Positions 13,801 through 25,500 of a stretch of 64,000 bases of DNA are shown here, piece by piece. Within the stretch, counting starts at the first letter, position 1. The number at the start of each line of letters is the position of its first letter. A program made the position numbers and the translations under genes. The DNA is taken from assembly GCA_965153455.1 (NCBI GenBank), contig OZ234493.1:26464213-26528212 (forward strand), given 5' to 3'. Below the pieces are notes generated by a model that worked only from the letters and a program-made list of their open reading frames with translations, ran no database searches and was not told where the DNA came from. The DNA is from Sphagnum compactum (Eukaryota).

Positions 13801-14960
13801 TGTCTTCATGTTATGGTTTGTATGATGGCAATTTGTATAATACTTGCTAAGTTTTGCGACTACTTGGTTCCTTACAATCACCACCCTTGCTATTGATGTT
13901 TGTGGTACCAATATATAATAAACTATGTGCTTCAGGTACAAAAATAACTTCTTCGCACATAAATGAAAATTCCTGATGCTATTGCAAATTGTCCTTTTTC
14001 ATCCCTATTATAATAATATGTAGATAAGACTATAGTATAGATTTGAACATTGTTGTCAAGAAACTATCAATTGTGGGAATCTACAAACTATTTGTCAATT
14101 TCAATAATCTTTCATAGTACACCTCCAACCATGAGTTTGTTTATCATTCAATATGAAATTAACAAATATTTTTTATTTCCTCGTCTACCATTTGACCATT
14201 AACTTTAATGGTGGCTTTAGATATTCATACATGAACATTTAGATTAGAATCTTTTTTATATTCAAGATAATTTAGAGGTTTTTTATAATGCCTAAAATAT
14301 GGTATTGCAGGTTGCACATACACTACTTTAACACCTCCTAGTGGTTCAAAAAGGTTTCTTCCTAGATTTGGTGGCACTAGTGTGATAATAACTATTATAT
14401 GTGACGATATTCTAGTGGTTAACCATACATATACATCTACATGACATTTTGTCATTAAAATCTTGTTGGTATAGATTTAGTTGGTACTTTTTTGGTGATG
14501 TGTGAATAATTGCCTTGCATAATCACAATGGGTTTAGAATACAACATATGTTGTGAAAAAAATAATTCTACCGATACAACTAAGATTTTTTTATTTCCTA
14601 TTGATATTCAATATCTTTCTTCATTAGCATGTACACCTATTCTAATTTATAACCTCTATGCTTGTTCCATACACCATGTTTTCTATTCTTGCACAAAATT
14701 GAGGTATTATTTCAACTACTCCAACATGAAGTGATACACTCCCATATTATTTTACAATAGTGTCTTCCACTTGTGTATTCCACATTCCTAGCATAGATCC
14801 ATTACATTTGGTAGATGTGGTTCTTACACAATTTAATGTATGATGAAATGTAGTCATCTCTTTCTAGAGTAAAATGCGATTGTCTAATTAGTCAAAGTAT
14901 AGTTTGGCAAGATCCCTTAACACATGATCATGCCTCAATAATAGTTCACTATTGTTAGGA
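10870..14960 (-). mobile_element. Degenerate Ty3/gypsy LTR retrotransposon (gag-PR-RT-RNaseH relic)
   Basis: Domains in gypsy order on the - strand. Gag: KKPLNYLEYKKDSNLNVHV..ATIKVNG (~14200-14290). Zinc knuckle: CHICGIVGHKWTNC (~13670-13715). Aspartic protease: IEDVLLDGGSRVNI (~12980-13020). RT: WLSPIVVLPKKNGKFIICVDF..PYPLPFIDEVL, MPFGVKNGP, LDDFIVYSD (11450-11970). RNase H: FHVHTNAS..PIVYASRLLN, FYVDHMA (~10900-11200). Many stops and frameshifts; boundaries are approximate. Confidence 0.88.
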
Positions 14961-17900
14961 TTATGGCCAAATGGACCACCTTGCAAGTAAAATCGGTATA
15001 ATGTGGATTATTCAAAAGCATGAACATAGTCATTGCATGTTATTGTGTACAAAGAGGTGTCACATTTTCTTGATTGTTGTAACTAGATGTTATGCTTAGT
15101 TTTAGCAAGTTAGCATGTCTACCCATTCGACATCATTAAACTTTTACATATACAAGCAAAGCAAATTTAACCCATAAGTGGAACAGTTTAGAGGATGAAA
15201 GAAAAATTGGTGTACATAATCTACGAAAGAAATTCTTACATGAGCCATGAAACTCCCCCCCCCCCCGATTGTCTAACATGAAAATGTCAAACGTTAAACC
15301 AATTATCAGGCTTGAAAATTCCAATTTCACATGTAGTATTAAATGAGAGCCACCAACAATGAATCATTGCATATGGAATAACTACCTCTTCTAAGGACTT
15401 CACATTTTTGTAATTTTAGCAAAGGGCTTTGTGCTAATCCTATAGCTCAACTTTGATTAATTTTTTGGTATGTATATCAAGCAACTGAGTTTAGTGGAAC
15501 AAACATGTATGCTATTTGTTAACCATCTTGACATTCATGTCCCCAAAATATTACATGATTTTAAATGCATTCCAATTTGCTTATACGTTTTCCACCATGA
15601 ATCCCTTGAAATTTGGTTTGGGATATGTGTGCTTGACCTTTGTTTCATTGAACTTTGTCCACATGATCTGTTGCACTTCAATGTTTTCAAATTATATTTG
15701 CAAATTACAATGGTCATGATTTTGTAATACATCGCATCATTTGCATGGCAAGCCATTGTAATTAACAATCTATTTCACCTTAGTACAACCTTGATGACTG
15801 GGAAAAGACTTGGATAATGAAGAAGTTGAATAGGTGATACCATAGTATGCAAAAATATATATTTTAGACATAATATCTCGAGTAATATGCTTTTGCAATT
15901 GAAGTCGTGCACCAATCAAAGGTGGAAATAAAAGCTAAGTGTAGTATTCCACTAACAATGATACCCAATGTACTTGAATAAATACAGTAACCAATGCCAA
16001 TGTATTACCAAATAGTGAGTTTAGGGTTAGGAAAAGTTGGCAAAACATACTTTTACTTGAAAAAAGGGTATGGAGTAAAATTGTTTGAAATGCAAATCGA
16101 AAACCCCAACCTACACCCAATTGTTGTAGTTACTGCAAATGGGAAGACCATGTTTTATCAATTGTCCTTTCATTGAAAAAAAACTTAAGGAATGTAATGA
16201 TCCATCATTTCCAAATTGAAATACAAACTGAGTTGGAGATGGAAGAAGGGCAAAACCTAATGGTTGTGCTTCAAAATACTACAAACTAAATACAACCATG
16301 AAATACTAAAGAAATAATTTACCTTATAGAAAGGTGAAATGTGTGAAGGACCCCTTTTGAAGTCTTTGCATTGCAAAAAAATGTAAGTGTCAAGTGCACA
16401 ACAAATATCAATACACATAAAACAACAAATGAGATTCCAGCTCCATGTTATTATGGTTTTTGGGTTTAATTTCAAATTGGAGCTTTGCAACACCATAAGC
16501 ACTAATTTTATTTTGATGATTTAAATCGTTGTGTGAGTGGGTCTACGTGAAAGTTCATGATTGGTAGGCCACAATTCTCAATTGTATGACTAGTTCAACA
16601 AGGTGTCAACCTGACTTAAAAAGAGATGTCATGATTAGAAAAAACTAGGTTTCTTCGACTCTAAATGCAAGAACAACCTTTAGAATCTATTTGGAGGTGA
16701 GCCTTTTATTACAAACAATTGCCAAATGGGTGAAATTTTTTTAGGGGGGAATAAAAATGGTTTTGTATTTCAGTATTCAAAGAAATTTTTAAATTCCCAC
16801 AATTAGTAAGAAATGGGGACAAAGGAAAACAAAAACAAAATGCCTAATGGGTCGGCACAACAACCAAATGATTTAAAAATGGGTGTCCCATTGTGCATCT
16901 TTGAGCCTTGTGGGGTGAATCTATAGTTCAAAAGGTTGTACAAATTTAAATCTTAAGTACCCCAACAATATTTCAAAAGTATTCAGACATGACGAAGGAA
17001 AATAAAAAGAATTACTTTTCAAATTGATTTCAACCCACAATCAGGGTGCTACCCATGGTTATTTTCATTTCAGAACTTGATAAGGCATCAGGAAATGTTA
17101 TTTTGAACACAAAGAAAGGTGATCCAATGTGAAAGGGGATAAAAATGGACAATTTTTTTGTTTCAATCAGATTGTCAATAGTTTAATGGGTTGTTGTTAG
17201 TTTTATAAGGGTCACTTGACACACCAAAAGATGCAGACACGTGGTAGCTATCAATGGCATTTTTTTTCCTTCCAAAATGGTGCATGTAACAGTATATTTC
17301 GAGGGGAGGAAATATGAATGTGCTGTCTTAAATTCACTTCACATATAATACTTATGAAATACCATATAAAAATATTTGCATTTATTCCATATTTTGAAAT
17401 TATGGTCTATTTTTGAGCTTATATATATTTTCAAATAAAAAATAAATCTTCATCATTTTAAAATTGCAATACATAATATTCTCCACCCAAAAAGTTGCAA
17501 AAATTATGAATGGATAATATTTTGCAATCACTTTAAAAAACTATTACCCAAATGCCTATTATTTGCATGCAAAATCTCATTAGGTTTGTAGATGTAAGTA
17601 GTTGATTTACATCTCGTTGTGGCAAAAAGGTGAGAGGGTTTCAATGTTCAAATTAACACAACAATACACCAACATTTGGAAGGTCAGTAAATTACTTATC
17701 CCAATAACTATTTTTCCCCATGTAGATGTCTGACCACTAAGGTGTGGATGAATCTACAACATATTTTTTGGACACAAATGTTACGATGTGATAGTTGAAA
17801 ATTACCAAAGTTGTTTGGGCATATATTTTATCATAATGTTAGTAACTTCTTTGGGTGGGTATGGGGCAGGGGTGCATTGTAAACACCTATATTATATCCT

Positions 17901-18299
17901 ACAAAACATAATATATTGTGAGCAGACTAAATAGCTTATTCATTATCCCATGTGGAGTTGGGATGAGGTTCAATGTTTGTTGGTGCAAGCTAAATCATGT
18001 GAAAGCCAATGATATGATAATAAAGTTGCATTTACATCAATTTTTTTGTGCCTATTTCATTTATACTATTTGAAGGAATATTTATATGCAAAAGGACAAT
18101 TGACCATGCTAGAGTTAGTAAAGTAGTTTGAAAAATTATGTAGGAAAAAATATATATTATTAAGTGGTCAAGAGATTCAATTTTAAACTATGTCCTAGTT
18201 CTATCATTCTTGGAGGAGCTAGATTGTTTCAGTTGTGGTGAATGCTTCAAAGCTGGTGCATTTATGATGTATAACAAGATTTGGTGACATTGTGAACCT

Positions 18300-20852
18300 T
18301 TACATTTGTGATCAAATTCATTTGTCTAGAATCTTGAACCCAATATAGCATTTCCATTTTTCAAAACCCTCCCGTGTTAATTTTGCAAATCAAAAGCACC
18401 ATTTGAATACAACCACTACCAAAACAATTCATGTTTTCACGTTGGACATTTTTCCACATGGCAAAATATTTTGAGCTTCATTAGGGACTATTTTGCCATG
18501 TCACAAAATTTGAATCCATGTGGCATGAAAATATTCTAAGAATATTTGGTGATGTGGCATGAAATATGTTCTAAAGATTCCTTTTGCTCACTTGAGCGTG
18601 CTCACCCATTAATGTTGTTGCTTGATGGTATAATCTAGATGGTTATTCACAAAATTATTTCCCCAATTTGAAGCCAAATCCCACAATGTCCATTATAAAT
18701 ATGGAATCTTTGAAATCATATTAGTGACACCATTGACCTTGATGGCCTATCAAAATACATGAACATGGGCGTCCAAGTTTGAATTCATGGTGTACTTCAG
18801 GTAGTTCACTTTAGGTAATTCATGGTTAAAAGTTGTTTATTGCCATTCATGTTATTGGGAACTATCATCATGGGTGGCATCACTAAATACTAGAGAAAAT
18901 AAGGGTTCCAACCTAGGGGTGCTCTTGGCCACCTTGGTGGTGGTGGTGGTGGTGGTGAACTTCAATTGTTTTTCCTTCCATCATTTGTATCATAAGAGGA
19001 ATATGATAGGCTTCACAATGGACCTCCTCCTTTGCCACCAACAAGTTGACAATTACCACATTATTTTTTTGAAGACATTATGTGGCTAGGCACTTGAGAT
19101 GAAAACCTTTTTGCATCCCCTAATTGCCTTCCAATTTTGTCAACTTTGTTGAACTCTACCTTTTTTAGCATTATAACTTCCACGACATCCCTTGATGATA
19201 GTATCATGGGATGAAGTATTGGGGCTTGTATTCTCACTATTCTTGGATACATTGGGGGTATCCAACTTGGATATGAAGGCAATCTTCCCAAAAAAAAAAA
19301 ATTTAAATTGGGGGGGGGGGGGATTTTTTTGCCATTCTATTTTGGGTTTGGGTTATTTTACCTTTCTTCTTCTTCACCATGGGGTGGTTCCTATATATGT
19401 TTTCACCCGAGTCATTGATTTGATGTGTTTATGGTGGTAACCTTCAATCAAGCAAAATTAAAGGGTGACAACGACACCCTATCACTTGGTGCCCAACTTC
19501 ACCACACAACTTACACCTTGATGATGAAGTTCGACCAATGTACTTTCCTCTTGTATAATAAAAGTAACGATTTCCCTTTTTTTCATTCAAAAAATTCTTC
19601 ATTCCTTAGGAGAAAGGGATCAATCTTGATGTACTTGGTTTGTCTTTATGAAAGTAGGTAATAGTCGTGGTCATGTCCATGGGTGCAAAAGGTGGTAGAT
19701 CTACCACCTCTAAATGCCTCACCTTTGATGGTTGTTTTAACTTTTCAAGTTGCCTTAAACTTGATTCCTTTCATACTTTGAATTTGGGTCTATTGCCTTC
19801 ACTTTAAAGGTAATCATTGATGGGGCCCCTATAGTAGTCACCACAATGGACACATGAACGAATTACAAATTACAGGTTGTTTTGTAAGATTTTCCTAAGA
19901 TCACCTCACATCTAGCCTTTTGAATATCTACCACCTTTCCATCCTAATCCTCTTCCTATAATTTTTAGGTTTTAAGGGGTTTTTGTTCCATTAACATTTG
20001 TGATGATTGCCCTTGAAAGTAGCCTAGTAGCAAATCTTCATTAAGAAATGACACCTATTGCTTTTTGATGTCTTGATTTTTTGTTTTCTTTCAACACAAG
20101 AAACACAAACTCATTCTCCTCCTCACTAGAACTTTCCACTTGGGATCCATTTCCCCACCATTGAAAATGATACCAATAGGTGGTATTTACCCCATGGTTG
20201 TTTAAGGATGCTTCCATATTGTCCTTAGGGTTAGAAGCACCCATGGTTATTGTTGTGGTAGGTAGCATTTCCTCGATTGTCCCTTCCAGATAACTTGCAC
20301 TCAAGGCTTCTAATTCTTCTTCCAAAATCTGATCTGTTTGTTTTTTATAACTTTGAGTTGTTATATGATTCTTTTTTTTTTTTAAGACAATAATGGAAAT
20401 CTATAATTCTCCCTTTTTGTTAATTAATAGCGACTGCCATTCCTTACTTTTGGTATATTGTGGTGGAGCTGATTTTTTTTGAGATATTGAATTTTAAAGT
20501 CTTGAGTTGGGCTTTATAGTCCTAAATTCCTTGTTGCCTCTCTTTGGATAGTTCTACCTTCCACCCCCTTACTCCAAATCTTGGATCTTGTGTATTTTAC
20601 CATCCTTCCAACATTTGCAATTCTACCATAGTTACCTTTATTTAGTATTGTACTATTACCTTTAGCAATAGGGACAATATATCCTTTGCGTATCATTCAC
20701 AAAGATTTGGAATTTTTTCAGTAACTCTCCATCCTCTTTAAAACAAAACTTTCATGTCAACTCACAACTCTGAAATGTAAAATGAACTCAACATCCAAAC
20801 TTTACAACCAAAGTGTTTTTTTAAAAAAAAGATCCCATCATGGTCGCCAAAC
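18300..20852 (-). mobile_element. Second, more decayed Ty3/gypsy-type retrotransposon relic (gag region plus PBS)
   Basis: The - strand at 18630-18820 reads ELPKVNYLKYTMNSNLDAHVHVF**AIKVNG..WTLWDLASNWGNNF, which is homologous to the gag of the 10.9-15 kb element. A PBS-like TGGCGACCATGATGGGA lies at 20849-20833. The left boundary is uncertain. Confidence 0.6.
20833..20849 (-). other. Primer-binding site-like sequence (tRNA-Arg-type) of the second retroelement
   Basis: TGGCGACCATGATGGGA follows a possible LTR end (GGTTATACG) after a 2-nt spacer. It resembles the complement of a plant tRNA-Arg 3' end (from recall), allowing for C>T/G>A decay. Confidence 0.5.
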
Positions 20853-21318
20853 GTATAACCATGGACCTTGCAACCCTACTACTTTCAAGACATGAGATTG
20901 CCATGTAGAAAATGAACTACCAAAATGTAGACATACATGAAGAAAAGGATTGCCTCCGGGAAGGAAGTCCTAAATGAATTAAAGATTTGAGAAATGTCAA
21001 TTATTGTGAAACCCAAAATAAAGTTTGGGAGGTTTGAAGGTAACTATCTTTCAATCATTGGAAAGTACTTTGTCAACCTAAAAATACCATGGAAATTGTC
21101 TATCCATTTTGTTATAGTTTTTACCTTCCACTACTTACATGTAGACTATTTCTAGTATATTCTTACTGTAGGTAACTTCTAGAAAACTATTAATTTCTAG
21201 AGAACAAGTTTTAAAGGAAAAAAGAAAGAAAGAAAGAAAAAATTTAAAAGATATTGTATTCTACATAAAATTCAAATGAACTATCATTCTAAAGAGGAAG
21301 TGAACACCAAAAGGAAAA

Positions 21319-21338
21319 ACACACACACACACACACAC
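21319..21338. repeat. (AC)10 microsatellite
   Basis: Seen directly. Confidence 0.9.
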
Positions 21339-22563
21339 AAAGTTCCATAACCTTCACACACTTCCTTGTATTGCTCTTCTTTCCAACATACAACCTCTTC
21401 TCCATTCTTTCAAAATCTCCTCATACAAGAATGAGAGGAATCCTCATCCTAATCTTCCTTTTTCACAAACCACACAAGATTCACATTCCACTCACAAACG
21501 TAAGTCCTTATCCTAATTGATTGGTATAAAAATACGAATCACTCATTCCCATGGGTTAACTAACCTAATGGTTTCACCTTGTAAAGAAACTAAAAGATGA
21601 TAAGTATGTCTACGATTACCTAGTTACTAAAAGACCCATAAGACTAGCTAGTCTAGAAAGATTTTCTACACTTAGAACACCCTGCAATTTGGTTGTCCAT
21701 GTGACTTCCCTGAGAAATTCAACAACTCCCACTTAAGACCACTAATTGACAGGCTAACACCCCCACACCCTTCACTACTTTCCATCCAAGGTGCCTGAGT
21801 GTCACAGCACCTTGCTGGATCAGAACTCTGATCATTGACAAGGGGCAGGAGCCATGAATTCGCTATATTATGGGGCAATTGACTGGATGGTTCGCTTATA
21901 ATCATTAAATGCAGCAGACACTTTGTCAATAACCTCCATGTCTTTTGGTTAGCATGTCAACTGGAATTGGTGGTGAGTAATTCATTGTGGCATTGGCCAA
22001 ACCAGAACATCGACAGCTAATGAACTATTTTGGTTATGTAGTTAAACAGGATGCTATTCCAGACTCAATTTACAGTACCTTTAATTTGTAAGCTAAAGTT
22101 CTTGTAAACAAATTCAAATATCTTCTGCTGGTAGATCTTGCTCTGTTCAAGGACTCTAACTTTACTACAGATCATGTGTCCTAAACAGTTTTATCATTCA
22201 AGTTCATGGTTGGCTATAATAGAAATGGAGACGGAAGGATGGTAGAATCCAGTTTCAGCAGGTTTCCAAACAAGCAGGGTAGCATACTTAATCAGAGAAT
22301 TATAGAGCAAATCTTTACACATTGGGATGTCAAAAGGACAGGTCTGAACAGGATAGAAGAACCGTTACAAAATTACACTATCACCTCCTTACGGGACTGA
22401 AGCCCGCTTCAAAAAATGGTCAGGGCCCATTGCCACTACTTTTCTTACAGGCCTAGCCTAAGTCCCACATTGCACAGGATAGAACTGGTCACCAGGAGCT
22501 TGATGCACATGGAGACGCATGCTTGCTGTGAGAAGGGCCTGAATTGCCCTCTGAAAGTGGTTC

Positions 22564-25500
22564 TTAATAAGTGTTGGCAAGTGCCTGGAAAAATTCTACC
22601 ACCTCCTCAGTGGAACCCAAGGAATACCTGGCAGCAGAACGCTTGCGGCCAACAGCACATGAGAAATAAGTGTCACCTGAGATGTTCATCACAGTGCCTG
22701 AGTCAAGCTCCATTGTCTCCCCATCGTTGTGCTTGCGGTCCTTGAAGCTATTACATTCAGTGTAGGAGCCATTGCATTCTGGTGAGACAAGAGCAGTGGT
22801 TTTGGTGCGCACCACTCCCATCTTATTGCTTTTGGCTAGAATTCGATCACAAGATTTTGCAGCCAATCGGCGATCAAGTGGACCTTTCTCCAGCTTTCCA
22901 TTTGTGGTGGGATGGGTAGTGGGATGATCCCTTTCAAAGGGAACCTCAGGATCGAAGTAGGTGTACACATCTTCATCCTGTACAACATGTCCAAATCCAC
23001 TCTTCATGGTTTGCACCACAAAAAAGAATTCAACAGACTGATTGCTAAATGTTCTCATTGAAAGACTCAGGTGTGCCATTGTAATGCTACATCTGAATAT
23101 CAAACATAATTCCTGGTATGATATGGTAGTTTGCACAAGGACAGGTATGTGAAAAGCCACACTAGAAGAGCAAATTGATTTGAAGTTATGAGTAACAGCA
23201 GGCAAATCAACCTTGCTAAGGAAGTGGCCTATGCATGTGACATAATCAATATGAAGATCCATGTTCTTGCTCCGTATAATCTCAGCTATTATGCGGTCGA
23301 TGGCAGCACCCTGCAGCAAACATAAAAGGATTATTCAGTGAACATTCAAAGGTGGGAAGGACTGGAAGGTTGAATTATACACATTTCTGTCTCTCTGTCT
23401 GCCACCTGTAACAGAAGCACTAAAGTTTCTGCACAAAGCCTGTTTTGGACCAATCTATCACCTTTAGGCACTGCACTTGTCAACAACCCATTTGTGAGTA
23501 TGTCAAGACCATTCAGCTCTTCAACTCCAGAAAATAGACCTTGAAACACAAATAAACTAAAGGTCTTCCCAAACAAATTGGGCAAAGGGAATACCTTTGA
23601 GACACCAACAGGGCGGACCTCAACTGACTTGCCACCTTGAACAACATCAACAGCAGCATTGGAGATGGGACCAGTCCAAAGATGCTGCAGCATATTGCGA
23701 GCTTGCACTCTTCCAAATTCTGTGTCTGCTGATAATTATGCCTCACTCTTAGTAGGCTTCACAATATGTAACAGTACACAATCCTGTTCATCGCTAATTC
23801 AAGCTGTGTTGAAAAGCCCTCCATGCCCATTAGACACAGCTGATTAGGCCTGCTGAAGACTTGATTCTAGCTCTCTAAAATCCAAACTGCAGGCTAACGC
23901 AAACTCCTTTTACCAGAATCCCTACCACCTCTGGATGAAAGACAGCTGTTTTTCCATAGTGAGCACCCTAATTGGGCAGAGCACTTAAAACTGAGATTAC
24001 CTGCATACTTGTAGTTCCACACAAGTGATGTCTCTCGGGTCTCAACGTATGATCGAGGTGTTCGCTCACAGAAATAATCAAACACAAGCTTCAGCAACCC
24101 AAAAGAGCTCCCATCAGACAGATCATGCATGTCACATATGTCCCTATCCAGGACAAGTAGTGTCATCGTCCAACATAGCATTGAAAAGATGCACACGGTG
24201 GCACCCTTCCAAGATTCCCACACTGCAGGGGACTCTGAGGTGGCATACAAATCTATCCAGAAGTGCTGCTCCATACCAAGTTTGGACATTCTAAATGCCC
24301 GTAAAAGCCATGACATCAGGTTGAATAATGAATGACAATACAGCCTACCTGTACACTCTCAACCCAGTCCATGTTCAGATGCTCAGGCATTGTGGTCATC
24401 CACTCACCATGCGTATGGCGCAAAAACATACCATTCTCTGCTGCAAGCCACATGTTGTACTTTCCGAAGGCCTGTAAAAGAGTCATTGTTACAAAAGAAT
24501 ACATAACATGTCAATCCATAAAAGGCATCAATAAGACTCTGTTGTTGCAGGCAACAGCCATCACTCAACCAACTAGCAAAGTACTCTTGCCCAATTACTA
24601 GACTCAACACACTTCTACAGTACTGAGTACTCAAAGATTCAAAAAAGAGTAAGAATGAACCTCATCCAGGATGGTTCGTTCACTGCCACTGAGAATAACA
24701 AGAATGGTGTTTGGGTCTGCACACAGAATTGCAAGTGAATCCCTCATGCCTGGATGCAACTGCAGATTCATCTCTGTAATCTGGTCTGGGCCCCTTCTTC
24801 TTGGATCTTCCATTTGTGTAGTTATGGTAGCATTAAATCCCTGCACACATTCACACTCCTTTATTGCATCGTCGTTTTTATCTAACAGATCAACTACTCA
24901 ACTCTTTTACAGTAAAATTCTACAGCAGAAACATCAATCAACACCACGTGCAACTCAACTGATTCCACAGATAAAAACATCTCCAAGTCTGTGAATACTC
25001 TGCAAAAAGTCACATGCTTTGCAAAGTGACTATGTCAAACGAGGTGTTTTGAGTTTCCTGCCTCCTAAACTGTTCCAACTTGACTTTATAAGTCGAAACA
25101 ACTACAATGCTCTTTCCATGTTTGGTATTACAGTGATTACAATCAGCAACCCATGGCAAATTCTTGTGAAGAAATTGAGACATACAAGAATAAGCAGACG
25201 ATTTTTGGAAGCTCGGAACCTTCCCACAGCTGTCTCCAGTGGTAAATGTGGGGGAATACGCAATGTTCGAAGCTCAGCTTCAACAATTGTGTCATTCAAC
25301 TCGCTGACATTCCCCACCCCCCAGACACCTTAGCCCATCTGCATGTTTTACATTGCCCAGGAACTGTAATTGAAGATGGGCAAATTAGCAATGTGTAATT
25401 AGCAAAAGCTCTATGTGAACTTCCCATTCCAATCATGTAAAGTTGTTCCAAGGTCTGTAACATGACTCAAAATCCATGAGGTGGAGCTAGGGCTGTGAAC

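Noticed and set aside
15994..16176. GLGKVGKT resembling a P-loop
   Set aside because: A 60-aa ORF with no Walker B or other helicase/NTPase context; probably chance.
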